Positions 1-9,508 of a DNA stretch of 61,799 nt are shown here, piece by piece (positions within the stretch are counted from its first letter, which is position 1; each line of letters opens with the position of its first letter). Made by a program: the position numbers and the translations under genes. The DNA is from Dehalococcoidia bacterium (GTDB lineage Bacteria; Chloroflexota; Dehalococcoidia; Tepidiformales; Tepidiformaceae): the NCBI GenBank assembly GCA_023382755.1, contig JAHDWR010000001.1:1-61799 (forward strand), given 5' to 3'. The notes beneath the pieces are model-generated. The model saw only the letters and a list, made by a program, of their open reading frames with translations, did not search any database and had not been told where the DNA came from.

Positions 1-991
1 TCTTCGCCAGCATGATCGTCGCGGCAGTGTGCCGGAGGTCGTGGAAGCGGAGCCGGGGCAGGTCGCCGCCACGGATGAGCTTTCCGAACGCGTGCGATAT
101 CTGGACGGGCTCGAACGGCCCTCCGTGCGCTTGGGCGAACACAAGTTCCTGGTCGAAATACGATGCACCCTGCGCGAGCCGGAAGTCGTCCTGTCTATCG
201 CGGTGTGCCTGAAGGATCTCACAGGTGGCGTGGGAGAACGGGATCGTTCGTCGCGACTTTGCCGTCTTCGTCGAACGGAAAGCAATGCCTTCCTTGGGGA
301 TGCGCTGGACGGTGCGGACGATCCGTAGCGTTCGACCCTCGAAGTCGATGTCTGACCAGCGCAACCCAAGCAGTTCGCCCACGCGCGCGCCCGAGTCGAC
401 CGCGAGGAAGATTATGGGATGAAGGAACGAACCCTCTGCCATCTCCAGGAGACGCAGCACTCCCGAACCATCCAGGACGGACATCTCCTTGCGCTCATAG
501 CGAGGAGGCGAGATGGCGTCCGCCGGGTTCGCGGGTATCAGCTGCCAGAGGACGGCGTGCTTCAGGGCTTCGCGAACGATGCGATGGTGCTGCACGACCG
601 TCCTCGGGGACAGCTTCTCGCCGAGGCACGTACTGTGGAGCCTCTGGATGTCCATCGGTCGCAGCTCCGTAAGGAGCCGACTGCCGAGGTGTGCCGAGAT
701 GTGTTTGTCGATCGCGATTCGGTAGCGAGCGAGCGTGGAAGGCGCCACGCTGACCGCGGCGTAGTCCGTGAGCCAGCGTGCCAGGTACTCTGCGAGCGTC
801 ACCTTGGTTGGTTGAATGTCGATCCCGCGGTCTCGCGTACTCAAGAGTTCTGTTAGACGCTGCTGGGCGGCTTTCTTCGTGCCGTTGAAGCTCTCGAAGC
901 GGCGTTGGCGCCGCCCGGTCACGGGGTCGCGGCCGAGGTCAACGGTGAGCTCCCAGGTGTTCGCTCCTCGACGGCGGATGCTTCCGGCCAT
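1..991 (-). CDS. int: Tyrosine recombinase / phage-type integrase; the C-terminal end runs off the left edge of the window
   Basis: Absent from the supplied ORF track because there is no stop in the window. My own minus-strand translation from ATG at 991-989 gives MAGSIRRRGANTWELTVDLGRDPVTGRRQRRFESFNGTKKAAQQRL..., then ...DSGARVGELLGLRWSDIDFEGRTLRI... and ...LRFHDLRHTAATIMLAK. These are the conserved Arg box and H-x-x-R box of tyrosine recombinases. Confidence 0.85.
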   Translation of the reverse strand, partial: MAGSIRRRGANTWELTVDLGRDPVTGRRQRRFESFNGTKKAAQQRLTELLSTRDRGIDIQPTKVTLAEYLARWLTDYAAVSVAPSTLARYRIAIDKHISAHLGSRLLTELRPMDIQRLHSTCLGEKLSPRTVVQHHRIVREALKHAVLWQLIPANPADAISPPRYERKEMSVLDGSGVLRLLEMAEGSFLHPIIFLAVDSGARVGELLGLRWSDIDFEGRTLRIVRTVQRIPKEGIAFRSTKTAKSRRTIPFSHATCEILQAHRDRQDDFRLAQGASYFDQELVFAQAHGGPFEPVQISHAFGKLIRGGDLPRLRFHDLRHTAATIMLAK

Positions 992-1002
992 GGTCGATAC
1001 TC

Positions 1003-1260
1003 CTACATTAGGCGTTGCTGGCGCGACCCAGATTCCGAACCAAGGGCGGCGTCGGTGACTCCCGATGCCGCTTGACTGGCGATCCAGGCGTCGAGCGACG
1101 TCCGCGGGACACGGATTACTCTACCCAGTCGGACGCAAGGAAGCTCCCGTCGCGCCACCAGCTCATAGGCGAGGTTGCGCGAAATGCGGAGCAGCTTCGC
1201 GGCCTCCGGCACTGTCAGCAGGTCGGACTCGTGGCCGTTGTAGCTTGCATGATCGTTCAT
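1003..1260 (-). CDS. xis: Excisionase-family helix-turn-helix DNA-binding protein
   Basis: ...DLLTVPEAAKLLRISRNLAYELVARRELPCVRLGRVIRVPRTSLDAWI matches the excisionase/MerR-like HTH pattern. I chose the start at MNDHASYNGH (ATG at 1260), which overlaps the stop of the upstream gene; the track ORF extends to 1338. Confidence 0.75.
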   Translation of the reverse strand: MNDHASYNGHESDLLTVPEAAKLLRISRNLAYELVARRELPCVRLGRVIRVPRTSLDAWIASQAASGVTDAALGSESGSRQQRLM

Positions 1261-3026
1261 CGTCGAACCTCCAGTGAGTACTCGTGCTCGGCCGACCCGG
1301 GCCATCGCGTTCGGTGCTGCTGAGAGTGGGTGCGCCACACCTCCCCAAATGGTCCGAGCCGATCGAGAAGCGATGCGGTGGTGGTCATGAGATGGTCGTT
1401 GGACTGTTCAGTGGTCGCCAGCTCAACGCGCCACACGAGCTCTTCGCGTTGGGGCGTCGTGGTGACAAAGAGCAGGGTCGGCGGGTCGTTCCCACGGACC
1501 CGCTGCGCCCGGAAGTACTCGGTGTAGCGAACGAGCTTGAAGGCTATGACCTGGAGCCGCTCGGTGCCGCGGTCCCATTCGAGGAAGAATTGTTGCGCGC
1601 AGCTATTGGCAATGACCGTGCCGCCGCCGTCGGGCCGCAGCCACCGGCGAGATCCCGGGGCATCGAGCCTGACTGCAGATTCAGCCGCGTTGAGCCAGGT
1701 CACGAGCCGGGGTCCACCGCCGCGCACATGGCGCAACCAGCTCACGAAGAAGCTGTTTGTGCCCACCGTGTGCTCGAACTGGTGGAGCAGGGTCGGCACG
1801 CGTCCGCCGTGCGCGCCAGGTAGGGCTGTGACCGACGAGTGACGGGCGTACCGTCGCACGGGCACCTCGTCTCGGGCCGCCAGCAACCCCAATGCGGTGG
1901 GTGTGAGGCAGTAGTGAGGCGGTGCGGTCGTGCCAAACGTTGCGATCAGCCCGTTCGTCAGCGCTCGCTCGAGGGCGAGGGTCGCGACGCGCGGCTGAAC
2001 CTGGAGCACGGTCGCCAGCTCGGTCTCGGTGAGGAGCGGATGCCGGCCCAGGCAATCGAGTAGCCGCTTCTCGACTTCCGAGGTCATCAGCGACAGCGCC
2101 GCAAATAGCTCCAGGCGGGAAGCGCTGCGGCGGTCCCTTGCGGTCTCCTGTGCCCAACGGTGGAGGGGTGTCGCCCGGTCGGTCGCCTCACTCGGACAGC
2201 TGGCGAGCCGCAGCGGGTGTGGTGGAGAGTACTTGGTCGGGGCCGGCTTGACGCCGAGTCGCTCTATCAGGGTCGCCCGACTGGAGCCATCGGCCGGCCG
2301 CCAGTGCGGACCATCCGGGCGGTCTCCAAGGCTAGCCCGGTTTGCCATGAGGACGGGCAGCGGCGGAAGCCGGCGCCGGTCGGCGGAGGCAAGCACGTGC
2401 TGGGACCAGGCGTCTTCCCGGGCGGGACCGGGGCAGAGAATCAGCACTGGCGGAACGTCGCCGGTCCCCCATCGCTGGGGTCCCTCCCGAAACCGGTACC
2501 AGCCCGCGACGAGGGTCGCGCGGTGGGCGGACGGCGCGCCCGCCCGATCGACGAAGACGAAGAACGGCGCATGGGCTGTGCCGATCCGAAAGGACCCGAA
2601 GGCGTGGACGCCTGGCGGCCACCACGCATCGGCGGACCTGCTCCTGGGGAGCGTCCAGAGGTCGGCGAGTCCGGCGTCGGCGGTGCGGCGCGACGCAGTG
2701 ACCAGGCCGGCAGCAAAGACGTTGAGCGCGACGGTCGCTTCAAGGCTTGCCAGTCGTCGAAAAATGTCACGCGCATTGAGGGGGAGCGAGACCTGCTTCC
2801 GAGTCGCGGTCTGGCGCCGAGCCCACTCGGTCAGGACATAGAGACGGGTTGAGGCCATCTCAGGCGACGACGGCGTGATTGAGTCGACTTGCCCCGCCCG
2901 CGCCAGCTCGCGTAGGGCTGTTTCGACGTCTGGCGCAGGTGAGCCGGTCAGGAGGGCAAGATCATCCACTGTGAGGAACGGAAGCCGCGCGAGCCAGTTG
3001 AGCAGATTGACAGTTGGCACGGTCAT
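1257..3026 (-). CDS. Replication-relaxation (Replic_Relax) family protein, double length, with two winged-helix-like segments
   Basis: wHTH-like LTVDDLALLTGSPAPDVETALRELARAGQV and LLTETELATVLQVQPRVATLALERALTNGLI. The C-terminal block LHQFEHTVGTNSFF...LRPDGGG...FFLEWDRGTERLQVIAFKLVRYTEYF resembles the family signature. Recognised by memory only, no HMM run. Confidence 0.55.
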   Translation of the reverse strand: MTVPTVNLLNWLARLPFLTVDDLALLTGSPAPDVETALRELARAGQVDSITPSSPEMASTRLYVLTEWARRQTATRKQVSLPLNARDIFRRLASLEATVALNVFAAGLVTASRRTADAGLADLWTLPRSRSADAWWPPGVHAFGSFRIGTAHAPFFVFVDRAGAPSAHRATLVAGWYRFREGPQRWGTGDVPPVLILCPGPAREDAWSQHVLASADRRRLPPLPVLMANRASLGDRPDGPHWRPADGSSRATLIERLGVKPAPTKYSPPHPLRLASCPSEATDRATPLHRWAQETARDRRSASRLELFAALSLMTSEVEKRLLDCLGRHPLLTETELATVLQVQPRVATLALERALTNGLIATFGTTAPPHYCLTPTALGLLAARDEVPVRRYARHSSVTALPGAHGGRVPTLLHQFEHTVGTNSFFVSWLRHVRGGGPRLVTWLNAAESAVRLDAPGSRRWLRPDGGGTVIANSCAQQFFLEWDRGTERLQVIAFKLVRYTEYFRAQRVRGNDPPTLLFVTTTPQREELVWRVELATTEQSNDHLMTTTASLLDRLGPFGEVWRTHSQQHRTRWPGSAEHEYSLEVRR

Positions 3027-5560
3027 GTGTTCGCCCCCTTCCGGCCGCGATGCTCGTTGCGCCGCTCGCTTGGCGGATCCTGTATGGCGGTCAGCTGAAG
3101 TTGGTGGGCGCCGGTGCTGGGCCGTAACGTCGTGAGCATCTCTGCGACCTGAGGCGGCACCTGTTTGCCGGTGCCGAGCGCTCGCGCGGCCAGGATCTGG
3201 TCAACCTGCCGGGCAACTTCCTCGCGCGGGCGCCCGAATCGCGCGGCCGACTCCAGGGCGATCGCCGCGATCCGCGATGGGTCGAGCGGAGCAGGCGGGT
3301 CGAGGCGCAGCGAGAAGGCCGGATGGCGGTGACCGCCGGAGGACCAGCGTGCGTAGCACTCGTAGTCGTCGAGGGAGACGAGGTCATCGACCTCGAGGTC
3401 GTGTCCGAGCTCCGGGGCCAGGTAGCGGGCATCCTCGGCACTTACCTGGAACACGGTCAGGCTGTCGAGGTTGGCGAAGATGGTCGGGCGCAGCTCGCGG
3501 TCGATCGCGTCGAGCCTGGCGAGGGACTGGGTCACGAGGACGAACGAAGCCCCGTACTTGCCGAGCTCACTCATCATGCGCGGGTAGTCGGCCCCTCCAA
3601 GCGTGCTCGATTCGTCGATCAGGGCCACCATCCGGCTGCGCTCTCCCGCCGGCAGATCGATCTGGTCTTCGACGATCAGCCCGAGGAGATTGAGGAGCGT
3701 TGCCCCGATGAGCGCCGAGCCGCCCTCGCCGAGGAGGCCGACGGCCGTGTTGACGACGAGGACGCCACCGTCGCGGAGGAGTGTGCGCGGGTTGATGGTC
3801 GACTGTGGCTGGCCGAGCGTGAGTCTGGCGGCTTCGGTGACCTCGAAGCGCCCCACCTTCGTCGTGACAGGGGTGGCGACCTGGATCTGGAAGGCGCGTC
3901 CGAGGTTGTCGTAGTTACTTCGCCACCACGACCAGAGCGTCTGGTCGGGGACCTGTGACATCACCCGTTCGCGGAAGTCCGGGCTCGTCAGCAGGGGCAC
4001 CACGTCGAGGAGCGTGTACTGCTCCTCGCGCCGTCGGACCTGGTTCGCCTGGTGAAGGCAGAGCAGCGCGGCGCGCAGGGCGCCCTCCATCCGCGGTCCC
4101 CAGTTGTCGGGCCAGAGGCGGTGGAGCATCGCTACGATGTTCTCCGCCGTCCTGTCGCGGTTGGGGAAGAGGGCGACGTCCAGGAGGTTGAGCCCAACGG
4201 GCTGCCGCCGGTCAGTGAGGTCGAGGTAGGCCGTCCGATCCTCAAGACCGGGTGGGACGACCGAGAGGACGCTCTCTGCCAGGTCCTGGTGGGGGTCGAT
4301 GACCACGAGGAGGAGGCGTTCCCGGCGTGAAGCGATCTCCTGCATGAGGTGCCCGGCGATGTGCTGGAGGAGGGTGGATTTGCCCCGCCGTGTCTTGGCG
4401 ACGAGGAGGTGGTTCCGGTAGAGCGCTCCGTGCGGCAGGTGAATGGGAACGTTCTGACCGTGGTGGCGTGACGTGCCAACTCGGCTGCCTCGGCTCGTTG
4501 CATCGCCGGCTGGGAGGAAGCGGCGTCCCCCGGGCTTCGTTGCGGCGGGCAGCCCCGATGTGAGGTCGGGAAGGTGCCAGAGCGCTGCGAGCTCGGCGGC
4601 GTTGAGCACCGGTGCGCCACGGAATGCGCCGCCTGAGGTGTCGGGTCGTAAGCCATGTTTCCTGGCCCGTCCTGGGCGGAGCCGGTTGCCGGCGGAGTGA
4701 TCGAATGCCTCGTAGGCCGCGCTTACGCGATCGCGACTGTCCTCGACGGTCTCGGCGCGGTCGCGTGGGCCGATCGCTGTCAGCTGCAGGCGCGTCGTGA
4801 ACGCGGGAAAGGCGAGCTTCTGTTCGGCAAGCGTTGCGCTCAGTGGCTCGCGGCCGCGGAGCACGCGCGACCAGACAAGAGCGCCGATCGGAAGTCCGAC
4901 GACCGCGACGGAGCCGGCAGCGAGCAGCGGAAGGTAGTCGCCGGCCTGGTACCAGTCGTAGCCCTGCATACCCGCGGCGGCCGCACCGGAGAGCGCAACG
5001 AAGGGAAGCAGGCTGGCCGCGCCGGACTCTGGACGCTCCACTGGCAGGCGCTGGCTCGACCGGCTGGCCCGCGCCTGGACGTTGGTGGCCCAACCTGGGC
5101 GGGGCGGATGTCCGACCATGACCTGCCCGACGACGCGGACATCGCCACGGGTTGCAGCCACTGCCGCCGCCAGCACGCCAGTAAGCGGGTCCCCGTGCCT
5201 GACATCCGTATCGAGGGGGAGAGCGGCCTCCCGGTCGAGATCGAGCTGGACGATCGCCGCCAGCTCATGCCCGGCGACATGAAGCGGGTCGAGATGAGGC
5301 CGGTCCTCTATCGGAACCTCGTCGAAGTCTGCTTGCGGGTAGGCCGCCCGGATCTGGCCGAGGACCGCTAATGCCGCCGCATCATCCACCGCCCGGACGT
5401 AGAACCGGAGTCCCGACTCCGTAGCCGTCCATTCCAGTGCGACATCCTGGACACCCGCCAGCCCTGCGAAGACCGTGCGTGCGCGGGAGACGGGGTCGTC
5501 GTCCCAACGCGACGGAAAGAGCTCGTAGAGGACCGTGGCTCGGTCAGGATGCCGGCGCAT
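3023..5560 (-). CDS. Type IV coupling-protein-like P-loop ATPase (TraD/TraG/VirD4-HerA superfamily) with an N-terminal membrane segment
   Basis: Walker A LLVAKTRRGKSTLLQHI. Walker B-like LLLVVIDPHQD and MVALIDESSTLGGADYPRMMSELGKYGASFVLVTQSL. Hydrophobic LLPFVALSGAAAAG...LAAGSVAVVGLPIGALVW. Start set at MRRHPDR (ATG at 5560), overlapping the primase stop; the longer track ORF to 5821 would overlap the primase by 278 nt. Confidence 0.65.
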   Translation of the reverse strand: MRRHPDRATVLYELFPSRWDDDPVSRARTVFAGLAGVQDVALEWTATESGLRFYVRAVDDAAALAVLGQIRAAYPQADFDEVPIEDRPHLDPLHVAGHELAAIVQLDLDREAALPLDTDVRHGDPLTGVLAAAVAATRGDVRVVGQVMVGHPPRPGWATNVQARASRSSQRLPVERPESGAASLLPFVALSGAAAAGMQGYDWYQAGDYLPLLAAGSVAVVGLPIGALVWSRVLRGREPLSATLAEQKLAFPAFTTRLQLTAIGPRDRAETVEDSRDRVSAAYEAFDHSAGNRLRPGRARKHGLRPDTSGGAFRGAPVLNAAELAALWHLPDLTSGLPAATKPGGRRFLPAGDATSRGSRVGTSRHHGQNVPIHLPHGALYRNHLLVAKTRRGKSTLLQHIAGHLMQEIASRRERLLLVVIDPHQDLAESVLSVVPPGLEDRTAYLDLTDRRQPVGLNLLDVALFPNRDRTAENIVAMLHRLWPDNWGPRMEGALRAALLCLHQANQVRRREEQYTLLDVVPLLTSPDFRERVMSQVPDQTLWSWWRSNYDNLGRAFQIQVATPVTTKVGRFEVTEAARLTLGQPQSTINPRTLLRDGGVLVVNTAVGLLGEGGSALIGATLLNLLGLIVEDQIDLPAGERSRMVALIDESSTLGGADYPRMMSELGKYGASFVLVTQSLARLDAIDRELRPTIFANLDSLTVFQVSAEDARYLAPELGHDLEVDDLVSLDDYECYARWSSGGHRHPAFSLRLDPPAPLDPSRIAAIALESAARFGRPREEVARQVDQILAARALGTGKQVPPQVAEMLTTLRPSTGAHQLQLTAIQDPPSERRNEHRGRKGANT

Positions 5561-6599
5561 GCTGGACCTCCTTCCCAGCGGGCCCCAGTTCGGCGACCAG
5601 CCTGAAGAACGTCTCGCGGCCGTCGGCGCTTGCGCCAAGCTCGCCGAGGTCTTTGACGCCGTCGGGGAGACGTAGAAGGCGGGCGCGGGCGCCGAGGGAG
5701 TCAGCCAGCTCGCGAGCGGCATGCTGCCCTTCGTCGTCGTTGTCGAAGACGAGCACGACTTCTGGCACGCGGTCCAGGAAGCGCAGCCGCTCGGCCCGGG
5801 CATGCGTCCCGAGCAGGGCACAGATGGGCAGGTTCCAGCTCACGCCGGTGAGATAGTCGAATGCGCCCTCGGTCACGAAGACGCGGCTCTGTCCGCGGAC
5901 GCGCTCATAGCCGAGGATGGGCTTCGGCAATGAGAGGCCGAGGTACTTCAGCCGGCGCTCGTTGAGCGCACGGCCGACCATCCAGGCGCACTCGCCCCCG
6001 CGCAGCTCAGGAATGACCACGCGCCCGGCGAGTGCCTCGTTGCCATCCTTCCGAAGCAGTCCCATCTCTGCGGCTCGCCGAAGGCTGAAACGGTGGCGGC
6101 GCAGGAAGGGCTTGAGCGCCTGCCCGTCGCTGTAGCCGAGACGGCACTCCCTGACGACCGGCATCCCGATGCCCCGGCTATCGAGGTAGCGCAGTGCCCG
6201 CTCGTTGCGACGGAGCGCCTCGTGGTAGAGGTCACAGGCCGCCGCCAGGATGAGACGGTCATCGACCGTCAGGGGAGATTCGGACGGGGCCGGCCCACGC
6301 TTGTCATCGCTCGTGGCGACGCCTTGCGGGGCCGCTTCACCCAGCAGCTCCAGGGCGCGCCGGAAGCCGACGTTCTCCTTGCGTCTCACAAAGTCGATAA
6401 CATCCCCCGAGGCCTTGCAGCCGAAGCAGAAGAAGCTCCGGGTGTTCGGGTAGACAACCAGGCTCGGGTGTTGCTCGTCGTGGAACGGGCAGCAGCCGAC
6501 GAATCGCTCGCCGCGTTGCTGGAGCTTCACGCCGTGGGAGGCGATGACCTGCTCGATGGGGTTGTGCTGCTTGACCAGCTCGACATCAACGGACGGCAT
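5544..6599 (-). CDS. DNA primase, CHC2 zinc finger plus Toprim domain (DnaG-like)
   Basis: GCCPFHDEQHPSLVVYPNTRSFFCFGCKASGDVIDFV is a CHC2 zinc finger. VFVTEGAFDYL and VVLVFDNDDEGQHAA are the Toprim E and DxD motifs. Start MPSVDVEL at 6599. Confidence 0.85.
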   Translation of the reverse strand: MPSVDVELVKQHNPIEQVIASHGVKLQQRGERFVGCCPFHDEQHPSLVVYPNTRSFFCFGCKASGDVIDFVRRKENVGFRRALELLGEAAPQGVATSDDKRGPAPSESPLTVDDRLILAAACDLYHEALRRNERALRYLDSRGIGMPVVRECRLGYSDGQALKPFLRRHRFSLRRAAEMGLLRKDGNEALAGRVVIPELRGGECAWMVGRALNERRLKYLGLSLPKPILGYERVRGQSRVFVTEGAFDYLTGVSWNLPICALLGTHARAERLRFLDRVPEVVLVFDNDDEGQHAARELADSLGARARLLRLPDGVKDLGELGASADGRETFFRLVAELGPAGKEVQHAPAS

Positions 6600-8406
6600 C
6601 ACTCGCCTCCTCGCTGTCCCGGGCAACCAATTCCGCCGGGTCTGTCGTCGCTAGCTCGTGCTCGAACGGGCTCGCCTCGATGCGCAGCGCGAGATGGTTC
6701 CCCGAGGCGAAGAACAGCCCCTCCCCCTTGCGGCAGGACAGCAGGAACTCCCGCTCCCCGGCGCTGAGCCGGAACGTGCTGGTGACGGCGTCGATCGTTG
6801 AGCTGTCCTGCCGCATCAGGAGCTGGACGGACGAGTTGGCGAGGACCGTGTGACCCTCGGCGGTCGCGAGGAAATCCTCCACGTCCTGCGTCACCGTCGT
6901 TAGCCCGAGGTAGTGCTTGCGCGCCTGCCGGGCCATCGATGCCAGGAAACGGGCGCCCTCCTCGTGCTGGATCAACGACCACGCTTCGTCGATTAGCAGC
7001 ATCCGCGGTTTGCGGCTACGGCGGACCTCGCGCCAGATGTGGTCGGCGATCAGGTAGACACCGAGGGGACGCAGGTCCGGCTCGAGGTCGCGGATGTTGA
7101 AGACGACGAAGGGCCGTTCGAGGTCGACTGAGGTCGGCGAGGAGAAGACGTTGCCGAGGCTTCCCTCGACGAAACGTTCGAGCCGGTCGGCCAGGCCGAG
7201 CGGGTCGTCGCCCTCGCGCAGGACGTCGTAGAGGTCTCTCAGCACGGGCGGCGGCTTGCCGTGCGTGGAGGGGTCGCGGGTGATCCCCGCGCGGCCGTAG
7301 GTCTCGAGGAGTGCCCGGTCGAGTGCGCCGCGCTCACGCTGGCCGAGGCTGCCCCCCCGGTCGGCGAGCATCAGGCCAAGGAGGCCCTGGAGGGCGAGGA
7401 GCCGTTCGGTCAGCGCATCGCGTGTTTCCCCGTCGCGCTCGGCACCGTGGGCAAGGTCGAAGGGGTTGATGTGGTGCGCCGAGCTTCCGGAGAGGCGGAT
7501 GTACTGCCCGCCAACGGCGTCGCAGATCCGACGGTACTCGTCTTCGGGGTCGATGATGTAGTACTCGACGCCGCGCATCAGCGCCCGGAGCGCTTCGACC
7601 TTGCAGGCGTACGACTTGCCCGCACCGCTCTTGGCGAAGACCACCTTGTTTGCGTTCTCCAGCTCCCGGCTGAATGGGTCGAAGATGACGAGTGAGTTGT
7701 TGTGGACGCTGATGCCATAGAGGATCCCGGCCTGCATCGAAAGGTGGCTCGACGTGAACGGGATCATCGTCGCCGCGCTGGTCGTGTCGAGGTTGCGGTA
7801 GCGCCCGAGGTAATCGCGGCCTGCCGGCAGGCAGGAGAGGAAGCCGGGCAGCATCTCGAACAGTGCGGCCCGCGAGGAAGCCATCATGCCGCCGAGCGCG
7901 CTCTCCACGCGGCGATGCAGGTCGTCCACGCCGGAGGTCGAGCCCGAGCGAAGACACACGTAAAGGCTAACGGAGAAGACGCGCTCCTCGCCCCGCTGGA
8001 GCGCATCCCGCAGACGTTCCACGTCCTCGTAGGCGACCTCGCGCTCGGCGCTAGCGATCTTGCCGCTGCGCGCATCGAGCAGGCGCGACGACTGAAGCTC
8101 CACCAGCTTGTGGGTGAGCCTGCGCACGGTCGTGGCGGAGTCGAGCGGGTCGACATGGATGCTCAGGTCCAGCGGCTCGTCGAAGTCGATCAGACGGGCC
8201 AGCCAGTTGGGATGGACGTAGCGCGGATAGTCGCTGAGCCCGAGCACGCGCACATAGCGGCCGTCGATGACGAGGTGCGAGCGGGAGGCCTCAATGGCAG
8301 CCGGGGCCAGGTGGTCGATGGCGGAGCGGGTGCCGAGCTCGAAACGGAGGTCGTCTGCCGACGGCTGGTGTCGGCGCGTACGGTGACGCAGTGGAAGGCT
8401 AGCCAT
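6586..8406 (-). CDS. VirB4/TrbE-type conjugation ATPase, ATPase portion only
   Basis: Walker A VVFAKSGAGKSYACK. Walker B MLLIDEAWSLIQHEEGARFLASMARQARKHYLGLTTVTQDVEDF. The upstream part GRYVRVLGLSDYPRYVHPNWLARLIDFDEPLDLSIHVDPL is typical of Gram-positive VirB4. Start MASLPLRH (ATG at 8406). Confidence 0.8.
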   Translation of the reverse strand: MASLPLRHRTRRHQPSADDLRFELGTRSAIDHLAPAAIEASRSHLVIDGRYVRVLGLSDYPRYVHPNWLARLIDFDEPLDLSIHVDPLDSATTVRRLTHKLVELQSSRLLDARSGKIASAEREVAYEDVERLRDALQRGEERVFSVSLYVCLRSGSTSGVDDLHRRVESALGGMMASSRAALFEMLPGFLSCLPAGRDYLGRYRNLDTTSAATMIPFTSSHLSMQAGILYGISVHNNSLVIFDPFSRELENANKVVFAKSGAGKSYACKVEALRALMRGVEYYIIDPEDEYRRICDAVGGQYIRLSGSSAHHINPFDLAHGAERDGETRDALTERLLALQGLLGLMLADRGGSLGQRERGALDRALLETYGRAGITRDPSTHGKPPPVLRDLYDVLREGDDPLGLADRLERFVEGSLGNVFSSPTSVDLERPFVVFNIRDLEPDLRPLGVYLIADHIWREVRRSRKPRMLLIDEAWSLIQHEEGARFLASMARQARKHYLGLTTVTQDVEDFLATAEGHTVLANSSVQLLMRQDSSTIDAVTSTFRLSAGEREFLLSCRKGEGLFFASGNHLALRIEASPFEHELATTDPAELVARDSEEASDAVR

Positions 8407-9085
8407 GCTGCTCAACCTCCTTCCAGAATCGGGTGACCACCGGCCTCGCTCCAGCACTGAGCGACGGCGCCACCTGGGAGACCTGCGAGCAGAGGCAGGC
8501 CGCCCACAGCTCCGCGAGCGCTTCGCTCCGCAGCCGCTGCGAGCTGACACCGAATGAGGTCAGTCCCTGCGCTATCTCGTGGCAACGCGCATCGAGCTGG
8601 GCGGCCGCGACGGCGAGCTGCTGCTCGTCCCGCCCGCGCGTGGCGCGCTGCCACGGCCAGCGGATCGCGACATGGCCTTCACCCTCGGTGTGCCCCGACG
8701 GCACGACGAGGTAGAAGCGCCGCTCGAGCAAGGTCCGTTCCCGGGCCAATCTCCGTACAAACATCTCGTGCTCGAGGGCGAGGCGGCGGATGGCCTCGCT
8801 GTTGGCGTGGGAGGTGACGTTGGTGCGGAATCCCGCGAGGTAGGGCTCGACGTTGGTCGGAAGGATGCGGACGAGCATCTGGACCGGATGGCTGAGGGAG
8901 TTGAGGAAGGAACGGTAGGCGGCCATCACCGCCTCCTGCTCCTCCTCGGACTTGAGCGCGAAGTTGACGCTCTGGGCCTGGATGACCGCCCGGTAGTCGC
9001 CGCCCCGGAGACAGAGCACACCCTCGACGATCTCTTCCAGCGGCAGCATCTCCTGGACGCTTCCGTGCTTGCCGTTGGTCGTCAT
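8399..9085 (-). CDS. VirB4 N-terminal-domain-like protein encoded as a separate ORF
   Basis: LPLEEIVEGVLCLRGGDYRAVIQAQSVNFALKSEEEQEAVMAAYRSFLNSLSHPVQMLV resembles the N-terminus of Tn916 Orf16/TcpF/PrgJ-class VirB4 proteins. It overlaps the ATPase ORF by 8 nt. Confidence 0.6.
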   Translation of the reverse strand: MTTNGKHGSVQEMLPLEEIVEGVLCLRGGDYRAVIQAQSVNFALKSEEEQEAVMAAYRSFLNSLSHPVQMLVRILPTNVEPYLAGFRTNVTSHANSEAIRRLALEHEMFVRRLARERTLLERRFYLVVPSGHTEGEGHVAIRWPWQRATRGRDEQQLAVAAAQLDARCHEIAQGLTSFGVSSQRLRSEALAELWAACLCSQVSQVAPSLSAGARPVVTRFWKEVEQHG

Positions 9086-9471
9086 CGCAACGTGCTCCCG
9101 CCCCGGGGGTCGAGTTCGTCCCGATCAGGCAGCAGGACCTCGAAACGCGCCTCCTCATCGACGGCCACCTCACGTGACGTGCGGACGCGCCAGACGACGA
9201 CGCGCGGGATGCTGACGTAGCGCAGGAGGACGAACGCCCAGTCCTCCAGCGAGCGGCCGGCCGGCTGCCAGAGCGAGATCGCGGCGGTCATCAACAGGAC
9301 CGTCGCCCCGGCCGCGAGACGGATGGCGAGCGGCAGAGGCGCCTCGCTCATGGCGGAGTACGCCAGGGCCAGGCCGATGATGGCTACCATCAGCTGGCGC
9401 ATCGTCAGCCCGGCAAAGGCCTTGTCCTCGATGTTGAGGTGTGTGGGGACTTCGTGGCGTTGCACGGGCAT
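9082..9471 (-). CDS. PrgI-family (VirB3-like) small membrane protein
   Basis: MPVQRHEVPTHLNIEDKAFAGLTMRQLMVAIIGLALAYSAM... followed by a second hydrophobic helix. Start ATG at 9471 preceded by GAGGAG; the track ORF to 9717 has an Arg-rich, implausible extension. Confidence 0.7.
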   Translation of the reverse strand: MPVQRHEVPTHLNIEDKAFAGLTMRQLMVAIIGLALAYSAMSEAPLPLAIRLAAGATVLLMTAAISLWQPAGRSLEDWAFVLLRYVSIPRVVVWRVRTSREVAVDEEARFEVLLPDRDELDPRGGSTLR

Positions 9472-9508
9472 CTCCTCATCGGTGTTTGAGGAAAGCGTGC
9501 TGGTCGCC

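Noticed and set aside
4242-5093. Long alternative-frame and antisense ORFs throughout the track, for example 4242-5093, 14056-15300, 17314-18186, 22425-23462, 28926-30569, 41088-42257, 43404-44528, 46683-48140 and 60881-61657
   Set aside because: They are Arg/Pro/Gly/Ala-rich and motif-free, and each is fully embedded in an ORF with clear family motifs on the other strand or frame. This is the usual artefact of stop-poor frames in high-GC DNA.
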